Positions 1-14,393 of a stretch of DNA of 64,000 nucleotides are shown here, piece after piece. The position numbers and the translations under genes were made by a program. The DNA comes from the human T2T-CHM13v2.0 reference genome, Homo sapiens, in NCBI RefSeq assembly GCF_009914755.1, contig NC_060928.1. The stretch is one strand, 5' to 3'. Positions within the stretch are counted from its first letter, which is position 1, and each line of letters starts with the position of its first letter. The notes under the pieces were generated by a model, which was given only the letters and a program-made list of their open reading frames with translations, had not been told where the DNA came from and made no database searches.

Positions 1-118
1 TGTTCAGGTATGCCACAACCACGGGAGCACCATTCACATCATGGACACATGATAACATTTGAGGGTATGTGGGCCAATGTAGAGATTTAACCTAATTGCC
101 AAATCCTGGATCGGCAGG

Positions 119-565
119 TGTATTAGTCAGGGTTCTCTAGAGGGACAGAACTAATAAGATAGATAGATATATTAAGGGGAGTTTATTAAGGAGTATTAAA
201 CTCACATGATCACAAGTTCCCACAATAGGCTGTCTGCAAGCTGAGGATCAAGGAAGCAAGCCCAAGCCCCAAAGCTGAAGAACTTGAAGTCTGATGTTTG
301 AGGGCAGGAAGCATCCAGCATGGGAGAAAGATGTAGGCTGGGAGACTAAGCCAGTCTAGGCTTTTCACGTTCTTCGGCCTGCTTTTACCCTAGCCATGCT
401 GACAGCTGATTAGATTGTGCCCACCCAGATTAAGGGTGGTCTGCCTTTCCCAGCCCACTGATTCAAACATTAATCTCCTTTGGCAATTCCCTCACAGACA
501 CACCCAGGATCAATACTTTGCATCCTTCAATCTAATCAGGTTGACACTCAGTATTAACCATCACA
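119..565 (-). mobile_element. Solo LTR, MLT2A1/MLT2A2 (HERV-L LTR)
   Basis: Starts TGTATTAGTCAGGGTTCTCTAGAGGGACAGAACTAATA and ends TTGACACTCAGTATTAACCATCACA (reverse complement of MLT2A termini); TG..CA ends; 5-bp TSD GCAGG/GAAGG. Confidence 0.92.
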
Positions 566-1699
566 GAAGGCAAGACATCCTTTTACATAAACCCACACTT
601 ACGCATGTGGTCATGCACATATCTGGGGGAACATGCATGCACACACTCTGTAGCACACACATATGTGTATGACTGTGCCTTATTATGAGCTCACTCTGGG
701 TGTTCCCTGAAGTTACATTTCTTGCTCACTACTCTTAGAGTCCTCATTCCTACCCAACACCATGCCAACCTGCCCTGGTCATCTCACAGGTGGTGCAGAA
801 AAAGTGTATATGTTCCTGGTGTCCAGGATGTGGCACTGAGTGTCCCGAATTCTATGAATCTCTCAGAGAGTGGGTGCATGTGCAGACAACAGTCAAAGAT
901 GTTTACAGAAGCCAGATATTTGAAATGGTAACATTAGAAAATAAACTCTAAGAAATGAAGTTCTAAGCATTTGATGGCAAAGAATCCATATGAAGAAAGG
1001 GAAGGCTTAGTAGGAAACTCCTGTTGCTTTAACAGTATGTCAGTGAGCCTGGGTTTAAAGAAAGGAGAGATGTGAGGGGTGCTCAGGATTGAGGGTGAAT
1101 ATGGGACAATAAGGAAAATTGTACCAACAGTATAAGGAAGGCAAATAGAAGCTTGAAAAAAAAATCAGGAACGTGAACAAGAAATCTATGACCCACTGAG
1201 GCATATGGAGCGAGGGTAAAGCTACTTGTCTAAGGTTACATAGACACAGGGCATAAATGGCAGAGCCAGAGTTTGGACCCAGGTCCCTGCCAGACTGTTA
1301 TAATACTGCTCCTCATGTTTAATACATTGGTGAGTCCTGTTGGTGTTACTTCTGGCCTTGTTTAGGCTGTCATCTAGATAATTACAATTTCCCCAGATCA
1401 ATCTCAGCTGAAATCCATTCCCCAGGATCTGCATAGACTAATCTTCCACCTGACCATGTCGTTCTTTTTCCGAAAACCCTTCTAGGGCTTTCCATTTTTC
1501 CCCTAAATATGATAGCTGGCTCTCCTTGATTTGACCCCCATATCCTCTGGAGTTCCAACTCCTGCCCCTCCCCTTCCAATACTCAGCAGTGAGACTGCAC
1601 ATCTAATGGGTCTCTAAACTTCTTCATGTTTCCCTGCCTTTACTCACGTTGCCCCCTCCACTAGGAATACCTTCTTCTCAACCTCCCATCACAACATCA

Positions 1700-1965
1700 T
1701 TCAAAGCTTAGTACAAGCCCTACCTCCAACCTCAGGTTACATTTTCTGAACTGCCAGACTCAGAGAGGCACCTTATGTGAATCCCTACCATGGTACCTTG
1801 GCCCTCTTACAGTGCTTACATGGCACTGAATTTTCCTCAGCTACTTGTGGATCTTTCTACCTCACTAGAGTTTGAACTTATTAGGACATTAAACATGCCT
1901 GATTCATTCCCCCCTCAACGTCTACACAAGCACTTTGGCTGCTCAAAGAAAATGTTCGTTCAACT
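1700..1965 (+). mobile_element. Degenerate L2 3' fragment
   Basis: L2-like tail (CACTAGAGTTTGAACTT...CACAAGCACTTTGGCTGCTCAAAGAAAATGTT); boundaries approximate. Confidence 0.45.
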
Positions 1966-2006
1966 CTACATTACATTGAGCATCAATTCCTCTGTGGCCC
2001 ATAGAG

Positions 2007-2541
2007 CAGGGTTCCCCAACCCCGGGGCCAGTACCGGTCTATGGCCTATTAAGAACCAGGCCAGCACAGCAGGAATTGAGTGGCAGGCAAGCGAGCAAAG
2101 CTTCATTTGTATTTATAGCCACTCTCCATTGCTCTTATTACTGCCTGAGCTCCGCCTCCTGTCAGATCAGCAGTGGCATCAGATTCTCATCGTAAGGCAA
2201 ACCCTATTGTGAACAGCGCGTGGGAAGGGTCTAGGTTGTGCACTCATTATGAGAATCTAATGCCTGATGATCTGTCACTGTCCCCCATCACCCCCAGATG
2301 GGACCATCTACTTGCAGGAAAACAAGCTCATGATTCCCACTGATTCTTATGGTGAGTTGTATAATTATCTCATTGTATATTACAAGGTAACAATAAAAGA
2401 AATAACGTGCACAATAAACGTAATGTGCTTGAAACATCCTGAAACCGTCCTCACCCTTCACCCCCACCCCCACTCCTGGTCCGTGGGAAAATTGTCTTCC
2501 ATGAAACCAGTCCCTGGTGCCAAAAAGGTTGGGGACTGCTG
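2007..2541 (+). mobile_element. MER1A non-autonomous hAT-Charlie DNA transposon, full length
   Basis: TIRs CAGGGTTCCCCAACC / GGTTGGGGACTGCTG; about 535 bp; perfect 8-bp TSD CCATAGAG at 1999-2006 and 2542-2549. Confidence 0.93.
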
Positions 2542-2558
2542 CCATAGAGCCTTTTATT

Positions 2559-2888
2559 TACTTTTATTTCATTTTATTTTACTTTATTTTATTTTACTTT
2601 TTGAGACAGTCCTGCTCTCTTGCCCAGGCTGGGGTGCAGTAATGCGATCTCAACTCACTGCAACTTCCACGTCCTGGGCTCAAGTGATCCTTCCACCTCA
2701 GCCTCCTGAGTAGCTGGGACTGCAGGGGCACACCACTACATCCAGCTAATTTTTGTATTTTTTTTATTTTGTAGAGACAGGATTTCACCATGTTGCCCAA
2801 GCTGATCTTGAACTCCTGGACTCAAGCAACCCACTCTCTCAGCCTCCCAAAGTGCTGGGATTACATGCATGAGCCACCACGCCCAGCC
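2559..2888 (-). mobile_element. AluJ
   Basis: T-rich tail followed by dimeric Alu; GGGCTCAAGTGATCC (J-type); TSD CCATAGAGCCTTTTATT at 2542-2558 and 2890-2906. Confidence 0.93.
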
Positions 2889-3892
2889 CCCATAGAGCCT
2901 TTTATTATTTGGCCATCCAAACCAATCCAAAGTTTCCCCCCTCCCTTTTCTATGGAATGCACCTTACAGCTCTAGGCTCTCTGGTCTCCTCATAGTCCTA
3001 ACTGCACACCCTTTCATTCCTATGGCTTCCTCTCCCTGAAACACCCTCTTATTGACTATGGAGATGCCAATAAGATGCCATCTATCCACCCTCATCCAGA
3101 CTAAGGATAAACTTCTTCATAAATCCATTCACGACAGCACTGGTCTACTTCATTCATTTCCATACAGCAATGACACTCAATAACAGCCAAGCAGAAGCTC
3201 TCTATGCTCAGGCAGGGCTTAATGACTAACTCAGCTAACTCCAGGATAATCAGACAATGGGCGAGCTTGTTGGTCAAGGGTTCTCAAATGTCAGCAGTAT
3301 CTGCAGGTCTTCTTAGGCATGGAAGTTTCTTTCAGACACTAACCTTTCACACTTCTGGCTGGGGGAGTACATCTGGCTGCACCTTTTTGAAAGCAGAATT
3401 GGGAAAAGAGGATTGTGGAACTCACCACTCAGTGGGTAGACATTTATTTAATTTCCAGTTTTCACACCTACTTTCTGACATGACCAATGTCCTCAGGTTT
3501 AATTTCTCTAGAAAACAAACTCATGCTTTCCTTTCAGGGTAAAGGAAGGAATCGAAGGATCCACTTGCTCCATATAGAGTGTTTCAATCAATTCCCCTAC
3601 TTCCAATCCCATCCCTTGCCATAACTTCTGAAATAACAGCTACTCCAACTCCTAAGCCCTTCTAGGGCTCTCTGGAGTGAGTAGGTTTCCTGGTCTTTAT
3701 CCTCCCCTGAAAGATGCTAACTTGCAAAATCTGTATTAAGTTTCAGGATCTGATCTGTATTTATTTTTTAAAAAATTATTTTCCACCTTCCTTCAAAATA
3801 TAAGTCAGTGGAAACTAGCAGAAATTCTGGTTTGTTCACTAAGAAGAGTGGCTGGTAGTACTTTGTATGTGCTTTGCATTAAAGCCATGGGA

Positions 3893-4232
3893 CTCATGAT
3901 GTTTCAGTCAACAATGGGCTATATATACAACAGTGGTCCCATAAGATTATAATGGAGATGAAAAATTTTTATTTCATCCATTCCTGTATGCTTTTTGTGT
4001 TCAGATATATTTAGAAATACACTTACTATTGTATTACCAACTGCCTACAGTGTTCAGTACAGTAACATGCTGTACAGGTTTGTAGCATACGAACAATAGG
4101 CTATATCATATAGACTAGGTGAGTAGTAGGTTATGCCATCTAGGTTTGTGTAAGTACATTCTAGGGTGTTTCCACAATGAAGAAATTGCCTAATGACATG
4201 TTTCAGAATGTATACCTGTTAGTCATAAGACT
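3893..4232 (+). mobile_element. Tigger3a/MER7-type TcMar-Tigger MITE
   Basis: GATGTTTCAGTCAACAATGG...GGTCCCATAAGATTATAAT and CAGTACAGTAACATGCTGTACAGGTTTGTAGC match Tigger3 derivatives. Confidence 0.8.
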
Positions 4233-4458
4233 ATGTATATGTATATATGTGTGTGTCTATCTAATCTAACTATGCATCTTGACTGCTGAAGTAGTTTCTC
4301 TCTCCCCACCTCTTTCTCTCCTTATGGGTTTATAATAGTTTTATTTACATACTATTATTTTAGTGGAATTTCAGGGGACACACAAGATAAATGCATATAT
4401 TCAGTCCACTGGGGTTAATGAGAAGTCTGTTCTTTTTTTTTTTCCTACATCCTCTTGC

Positions 4459-5088
4459 AGTCTATTTTCCACCAGAAGCCATGTAATTCTGTGGAAACTT
4501 AGGTCTGATTGTATCTTTCTGTGCTCAACACCCTTCAGTAGCTTCCCAATTCACTCTGAGTAGAAGCCAAATCCTTACCACGCTTACACAGTCCCACAAT
4601 TTGGCTCCCTACTACCTCTCCACTGCCTCTTCACTCACAGCTCATGCTACTCCTCCCCTTCACCCTGCTCCAGCAACCTGGCCTCCTTGCTCTTCTCAGA
4701 ATACATAAAGCACATTCACACCTCAGAGATTTGTTTTTAATCTCTGTTCCCTCTTCCTGGAATGTTTTCCCCTAAATAGTTACATTACTGACTCTCTCAA
4801 CCTCTTCAAGCATTTCAATGAATAGCCCTTTCTCAATGAGTCTTGCATTGACTACCCTATTTAAAATAGCAACTATTGCTTCCCCCATCTCCTCCCCAAT
4901 ACTTGCTTTATTTTTCTCCATAGAACTTATGACAACGTAATATTCTATGTGTTCGATTTTTTATTAGTTCATTTTCCACTTTTGTTCAAAATAAGTTGAT
5001 GAAGACAGAATCTCTTTTGTAATCTGCTAAGAATAGTGCCTAGCACATAATAAGTGCAAAATTGATATTTGTTGCATGAGTGAATTAA
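4459..5088 (+). mobile_element. L2 (L2a-like) 3' end
   Basis: CTGCTCCAGC..CTGGCCTCCTTGCT..TTCCTGGAATG and terminal AGAATAGTGCCTAGCACATAATAAGTG..ATATTTGTTGCATGAGTGAAT. Confidence 0.8.
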
Positions 5089-6752
5089 CAACTTCTACTG
5101 TTTGAGATTTCTAGTTAGGAAAAGTTGTCAGATAGGACAAGGTGGCCCTAACCAAAGTCTACTGCTAGAACATAACCCAAACGAGAGGTGAGAACTCCTC
5201 AAAAGGAAAGGGTGAGCCCATGATGAACATAAGACCCTAAGGTTTTATGAGAGAAGCTGATTCCAGCACAGCATATGCCTGAGACTGAAAATATCTCCAA
5301 AGCAACTACCTAGACTTCCTTATGTGGCATCATAACAAAAAGAACGCTAGCCAACCATGTGAATATGAACTGTGAAATAAGCATGGGGAAAGACCACAGG
5401 CTGAACATACACATACTTCAGCAAGAGTGTGGCTGCAGAGCAAGTGCCTACACATGGGACCACTCAGAACCAACAGTCAACAACGTAGACACCATAGGGT
5501 TGAAAGCAAAACAACAATGGTGCTTGTGGACTGACAAGGCTCTGAAGTTTCTCTTTCTGCTTGGCCTATGAGAGCTGAACTGGCCTTCTTAAAACCAGAT
5601 AAGCCCTCAGAATTCTGGAACAATCAAAAAGGAACTTCTTTATACCTGGGTGCTACAGTGATTAAGCTGGAAAGGAAAGAGATTAGGCCAGTTATTTATA
5701 TAAAGCTGGTGAAGCAAGCCATGCTGGCTAGAGTATTATATATTTAACAGAATGATAAAGATTATTAACTGTCTTTTAGACTTACTCTGATAACACAGGC
5801 ATATATCTTTTTCTTGCACTTCACTTTATTCTGCTTCACAAATAATGTGGGTTTCTTAAACAAATTAAAAGTTTGTGACACCATTGTGTCTAGCAAGTCC
5901 ATTGGCACAATTTTCCAACAGCATGTGCTCACTTTGTGTCTCTGTGTCACATTTTGGTAATTCTTACAATATTTCTAATTTTTTATGTCTCCTATATCTG
6001 CTATGGTGATCTATATAATCAGCAATCTTCGATGTTACAATTATAATTGTTTTGGGGCGCCATGAATCATGCCTATATAAGACAGCAAACTTAGTCACTA
6101 AATGTATATGTTCTGACTGCTCCACCAACCAGCTCTCTCTCCATCTTCTCAGAAGCCCCTATTGTTTGACACACAATAACACTGAAATTAGGTCAATTAA
6201 TAACTTTAGAGTGTCTTTTAAGTGTTCAAGTGAAAGGAGGAGTCACATGTTTTGCTATAAATCAGTGACTAGAAATGATTAAGCTTAGTGAGAAAGACAC
6301 ATCAAAAGTCAAAGTAAGCTGAAAACTATGCCTCTTGCAACAAACAGGCAAGTTATTAATGCAAAGGAAAAGTTTTTTAGAAAATTAAAGTGCTACTTCA
6401 GTGAAGACATGAATGATAAGAAAGCAAAAATGCCTTATGGCTGATAAGGAGAAAGTTTTAGTGGTCTGAATAGAAGATCAAACCAACCACAACATCTCCT
6501 TAGGCAAAAACCTAATCCACAGAAAGGATAACTCTGCTCAATTCTGTGAAGACTGAGACAGGGGAGGAAGATGGAGAAGAAAAGCGGTAAGCTGGCAGAG
6601 ATTCATTCATGAGGTTTAAGCAAAGAAGCCATCTCCATGACACAATAGTGCAAGGTAAAGCAGAAAGTGCTCATGTAGAAGCTGCTGCAAGTTATCCAGA
6701 AAATCTAGCTAAAATAGCAGATGAAGATGACTATACTATATAACAAATTTTC

Positions 6753-8637
<1,885 letters not shown>

Positions 8638-10454
8638 AAACAACAGATTTTCAGTGTAGACAAAACAACCTTCTATTGGAAGAAGATATCATCTAGGACT
8701 TTACAGTTAAAGAGGACAAGTCAATGTCTGGCTCTGAAGCTTCAAAGTACAAGCTGACTCTCTTAGAGGTTAATGCAATTAGTGACTTTAAAGTTAAAGC
8801 CAATGCTCATTTAACATTCTGAAAATCCTAGGACCCTTAAGAATTATGCTAAATCTACTGTGTCTGTGCTTGATAAATGGAACAACAAAGGCTGGATGAC
8901 AGCTACTCTGTTTACAACATAGTTTACTGAATATTTTAAGCCTACTGTTGAGACCTACTACTCAGAAAAAGAGTCATTTAAAAACATTACTGCTCATTGG
9001 CAATGCACCTGGTCACCCAAAAGCTCTGATGGAGATATACAAGAAGATTCATGTTGTTTTTTGCCTGCAAACATGGCATTCATTCTGCACCCCATGCATC
9101 CAGGAGTAATTTTGACTTTCAAGCCTTGTTATTTAAGAAACACATTTTGTAAGGCTACAGCTGCCACAGATAGTGATTCCTCTGATGGATATTGGTGAAG
9201 TAAATTGGAAACCTTCTGGAAAGGATTCACCACTCAGGACCCATTCAGAACATCTGTGATTCCTCAAAAGAAGTCAAAATATCAATATTAACAGAAGTTT
9301 GTAAGAAGTTGATTTCGGCCCTCATGGATGACTTGGAGGGGTTCAAGACTTCAGTGGAGGAAGTAATTATAGATGTGGTGGAAATAGCAAGAGAACTAGA
9401 ATTAGAAGTGAAGCCTAAAGATGGGAGTGAATTGCTGCAATGCCATGATCATGCTCGAGTGGATGAGGAATTGCTTCTTATGGATGAACAAAGAAAGAGA
9501 TTTCTTGATATGAAATTTGCTCCTAGTAAAGACACTGTGAACATTGTTGAAATAACACCAAATGACTTAGAATATTACCTAAGCTTAGTTGATAAAGCAG
9601 TGGCAGAGTTTGAAAAGACTGACTCCAGTTTTGAAAGAAGGTCTAGTATAGATAAAATGCTTGGAAACAGCATCTCATGCTAAGAAAAAAAATCTCTCAT
9701 TTAAAAAATTGATTCATCAATTTTTTGCATCAATTTATTGCATCAATTGATGCAGTAAACTTTAGTGTTGTGCTATTTTAAGAAATTGCCACAGCCAGCC
9801 CAGCCTTCAACAACTACCACCCTGATCAGTCAGCAGCCATGAACATTGGGCTAAAACACTCTACCAGCAAAAACATTACAATTTGCTGAAGGCTCATACA
9901 ATCATTAGCATTTTTTAGCAATAAAGTATATTTAAATTAAGGTATGTACATTGTTTTCTTAGGCACAATGCTATTGCACACTTAATAGACTACACTATAG
10001 TGTAAATATAAATTTAATTTGCATTGGGAAACCAAAAAATTTGTGTGACTTGCTTTATTACCATATTTGCTTTATTGTGATTGTCAGGAACCTAACTCTC
10101 AATGTCTCCCAAGAAAACCTGTAATCACAAAGTACATAGCAGTGTCCAGCACACAGAAGTGTTCAAAAAGTAGGCGATAGTATTAAAGCACCTGAAAAAT
10201 ATTAGTTGCATTTAAATAACCATAGTGTTAAACACTATGACAATACAATTTTCTCAGTTACTCTTCATTGACAAATTCAAAAGTTGGACATCTTCCACCA
10301 AGGCACTCAAGTTGTGTCACTAGTATTACATAGGGGGAAAGGTTACATCAGTTTCAAGGAAATTAGTATTCATCACTTAATTGCATTCCCTAACAAAATA
10401 ATACAGGCCTTTATTCAAGTGACCTTTTAATTGTATTACTCTCATTTTGAATTC

Positions 10455-10560
10455 AATTCCCTCCTCTGTAAAAAGGAGGGAATTACTACCTCACAAGCAT
10501 TTTATGAGGATCAAATGAGATAATGTTTATTGGCAACATACAAATATAAGATTTACTGTT
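10455..10560 (+). mobile_element. MIR fragment
   Basis: CCTCTGTAAAAAGGAGGG..CTACCTCAC..TGAGGATCAAATGAGATAATG core. Confidence 0.7.
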
Positions 10561-11109
10561 GTGATTGCTGATTCACTTCAGACTGCACACTCACTGTACG
10601 CTTTGAAAAGGTACTCTTTGCACAATCCATGAAGTGATGTGTTCGGAAGCCTCTGAAAGATAGATTAAGCCAGACTTCTGGGCTCCCCTTCTGACTTTCT
10701 GGCATCTGTAAAATGGGGACAATTTATGTGAATGCTCCATTTATAAAGTTCTGGAATGGTTTAATACAAAAGACACTGTATGGTGGCATAAGGACATCTT
10801 TACTTTCATCCTATGGACAACTTGGAATTGGAGACATTACTAAATCTGAATTGGTTGTGTAGTGCCAAAAAAACCATGCTGACAATGCTATCCCCGACAT
10901 TTCTTCCTGTGTGTTACTCAGGTGTACATGAATAAAAGTTTGCTACATATATATTTCAATATAAATATTAAACCCATTACAAATAATTCAGAAATCAAAT
11001 AATCTTGGATTCTTTGGGATTGGAGTTTTATAATACATTTGTGTATTTTTTTATTTTTTATTTTGTTTTTGAAAGAATTTTGAAGCACTTCCTGCTTTTG
11101 CCTTCAAGG

Positions 11110-11185
11110 TAGAGTTGCCAGATTTCACAAATGAAAATACAGCCAATAACATTTGAGTTTTGGATAAACGACAAATAATTATTTG
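11110..11185 (+). mobile_element. MER53-like hAT MITE fragment
   Basis: AGAGTTGCCAGATTTCACAAATGAAAATACAG..ATTTGAGTTTTGGATAAACGACAAATAATT. Confidence 0.6.
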
Positions 11186-11349
11186 CCTTTTACAGCGAGT
11201 TGATCACTGATTTTTGTTTTTTAATCAAAAGGAAATAGTTGTCTATAGTTGTATTTGGGAAATAAAAATGACTCATATTTTAAGGCAACAACAAACTTAC
11301 ACTTTCTACATAGATTTTTTTCTTAGTATAGCCTGCAACTGGAAGAAAC

Positions 11350-11800
11350 TGAATGTTTTAAATATGAGAGTCATATAATCAGAACTTCACTTTAGGACAA
11401 GCCTCCTGGCACACAGTGTGTACAACAGATAAGGATAAGCAAATCCATTTAAGATTTCCTTGTAAGGGAGACAGTAGTCTGAAACGCAAGCGATAGAAAC
11501 AGAAATAGAAAAGAAAGGAAACGGTGTATGAGAGATGTTGTGGGTGATGAGTCTACATGGCCAAGCATTAATTAAGTGAGGAAGACAAGAGAAAATTAAA
11601 TGTCAAATGTAACTCTAGAGTTCTAAGAAGAATATGTCCCACTTGAGAAAAATAGGGAAAATCAGAAGAAAAGGCTGAATTTGATGAAAAGAATTCTAAT
11701 ATATCTTTAGATCTTGCAAAGTTTAAGATGTCTTACTAATTAAGCATATCTAAAGCAAAAAGCATCTAAGTCTAGATGTGAATTTAGAATGCATGAAAGT
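11350..11800 (-). mobile_element. Old L2 fragment
   Basis: Purine-rich degenerate antisense L2 pattern (TTTAGATCTTGCAAAGTTTAAGATGTCT). Confidence 0.5.
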
Positions 11801-11967
11801 GACCTTCCAATAAAAGTAGAAAACATACGTACTTGAGCACATGTGCATGTATACACACACAGAGCTTTAAACATAAAAAATTTATGTACTCTTCCTGGCA
11901 TGACAAGTTCTGATTGCAATTTCATCAATTCAATTAATCTTTCCAAGAAAAGCAATCATAGTATTGC

Positions 11968-13170
11968 TTCATTTGCTTAATCCAACCAATATTTATTAAA
12001 AGCATTGACTTGGGTCCTGCAATGTCCCACATGCTGAAAATACAGAGGTGGACACAGACAGGCTTCTGCCCCCTCAAAGTCACACCAAAGACAAGAGTGA
12101 TACCTAAATACACCATACCCTTTCAAGGGGAGATAAGCATCAGGAAGGAAAATAAAGCAGGATATATACTAGAGAATTACTGGGTTTCTGGGAATCTATC
12201 TCAGAGAGAGGTCAAGGAAGGCTTTCTGATAAGATAATATTTGAACAAGAATCTAGATAAAACAAAAGAGAGAGAGAGAAATCTGGGAGAAAGAGGACCA
12301 GGAAGAGTAAATAGCAGCAGCAAAGTCCCTGAGGCCAATGGGGTAGAGAGTATTACTTATTCACAACTCTCCCCTCTGCTCCTGTTCATGGCTCACTCTG
12401 GGCAGAGTTACATCACACCAACTTTAGGCTTGGGTGTGTGTTTTGCTTTGAGCCCAGTGGTATGGGAGTGAATATAATAAAATCACATATGTCTAGAAGA
12501 CTTGAATATTCTTGTGTGGTTTAGCCTTGCCTCCAGTGCTCCTGCCACCTGCCATAAGAAGGGCATGCCCTGAGAGGTTGCTGCTCCCAGAAACACATGG
12601 ACCCATCTGACTCTGAAATAAATCAGAGATACCCCAACCAACACACAAAGCCATGAGCAAGAAAAACGTTTTTCTTTTAAGCCACTGAGAATTGGGATAG
12701 TGAGGTGGTGTTGCATAGAATTACTATAGCAGAAACATGACAGGTACAACAGAAATGAGCTCAAATATCTGTGGAATGAGAAAAGGCCAGCATGGCTAGA
12801 GCAGAGAACATAGCACGAAGAATGCATGGAGACAAAGTTGGCAAAAAAAAAAAAATAACAATGGACTTTGGATGCCACTAGAAGGGGTTCAAGTTTGAAA
12901 TGTTCTCTAAGTGTGATAGAGGAGAGTATAAGGCTTATGCTTTAAAAAGAACTTCTGGATGCTGTGTGAAGAATAGAGTCAGAAGGAACAAGAAAGGGAA
13001 GAGCTACCATTAGGAGGTGTTGCAAATTGTCTAGGCAAGAGATGATGATGATTAGACCCAGAATGCAGCAGTGGAGAAGAGAAGAAGTGATTCTATTAGA
13101 TACATATTTGAAGATTGAGATGGCAGGACTGGCAAGGTTTTGGAGGTGGAATTGCAGGTCAGGAGGCATC
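11968..13170 (-). mobile_element. L2 element interrupted by an MLT1 LTR
   Basis: TTCATTTGCTTAATCCAACCAATATTTATT tail; GGTCAAGGAAGGCTTTCTGA; CAAAGTCCCTGAGG; resumes after 12748 with GGCCAGCATGGCTAGAGCAGAG..TAGGCAAGAGATGATG. Confidence 0.75.
12339..12748 (+). mobile_element. MLT1I-like MaLR solo LTR
   Basis: CTCCTGCCACCTGCCATAAGAAGGGCATGCCC..TTTTAAGCCACTGAGA..TAGCAGAAACATGACAGGTACA. Confidence 0.7.
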
Positions 13171-13931
13171 ATGAGGTCCCGAAGTCCCTATAGTTTGGGC
13201 CCGAGTAACTTCCTGGTATTTTTCCAACACTACTACATGCTCTGTGGGAGACAAGAGAAATATAAGACATGGTTCCCATGTACTGTAACCTTATAAAATA
13301 ACCCATGAATTTTAAATTAAAAGTCTTTGGGTTGGACAAAATAAAACTCAAATCCTATATTAAATGCTGAAGATGTCAAAGAACATGCTATATAAGAAAT
13401 TGCATTGTTTACATGTATATGTAGATTTTTACACTTATATTCACACACACACAAATTGTAACTGCGATTTATATCTACCTTAAGGATTACATACACTGAG
13501 TTCTGTGTGATCTGCCGGCAACTCTAATTTGAATTACAATGTTAATATCAGACACTAATGAGAAGAGACAAGTGAGGAAGACATTACGTGGAATTCTTAC
13601 ATAAGAGAAAAAAAGTACATCTTTTAGGTTTTAAGTATGAATGTCTTGGAGAGACATCAGTTCAAAAGTAGCAGAGCTGGGCTAATGGAGCCAGCCAATC
13701 TGATTCTAGAGCAGTTCTATACAAGCCAGGGGTTGGGGGAGTGTGTACAGAGCTTTATGAAGTCAATGTATCCTTGGCTTCTCCTTTAGTCACGCTTAGA
13801 CTGGTTTTCATTGGGACTGCTGCAGGTTATCTGCTTCTGGATTGTCTTTCCTTTCCATCCTGGTTTTAAACTCCTGGAGAAATTCCATATTCTGATTAAT
13901 CTTTCTGAATGCTTAGCAAAATGTTAGACAT

Positions 13932-14150
13932 GATTCGTTCATTCACGCATGCATCCATGAAACAAATATTTACTGGGCTCCAATGATGGAGCAGGCCCTG
14001 TGCTAGGAGAAGGAGAAGACACAAAGGATAACCTAAGGTCTTCACTTGTGAAAGGACAGGCTGTAGTAGAAAAGCCAGAGATATAAGTTCACCATTACAG
14101 TGTGCTGGGATGACAGATGTATACAAGTGAAGTGCTGTGACTCACAGCAG
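13932..14150 (-). mobile_element. L2 3' fragment
   Basis: TTCGTTCATTCA..AAACAAATATTTACTGGGC..CAGGCCCTGTGCTAGG. Confidence 0.6.
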
Positions 14151-14393
14151 GTGCTCAGAAAAGTAAGACATGCTTTTGTTCCCTTTGACCAGATACTAGA
14201 AGAGTGTATGGACATCCAAGGACTGACATCATAAAATTACTACGCACTGGGTAGCTTAAAACAACAGAAGTGCTGTGACTCACAGCAGGTGCTCAGAAAA
14301 GTAAGACATGCTTTTGTTGGCTTTGACCAGATGTATGGACATCCGAGGACTCAGATCATAAAATTACCATGCACTAGGTAGCTTAAAACAACA
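14129..14393. repeat. Local tandem duplication, period 138 bp, 2 copies
   Basis: GAAGTGCTGTGACTCACAGCAGGTGCTCAGAAAAGTAAGACATGCTTTTGTT starts at both 14129 and 14267. Confidence 0.95.

Noticed and set aside
1-60. Possible MER91-like fragment (GGGAGCACCATTCACAT), with a similar hint near 34550-34620
   Set aside because: Too short and degenerate to call without an alignment
14129-14393. CRISPR-like repeat/spacer or VNTR
   Set aside because: Only two copies, the whole unit is duplicated with no unique spacer, and the context is eukaryotic
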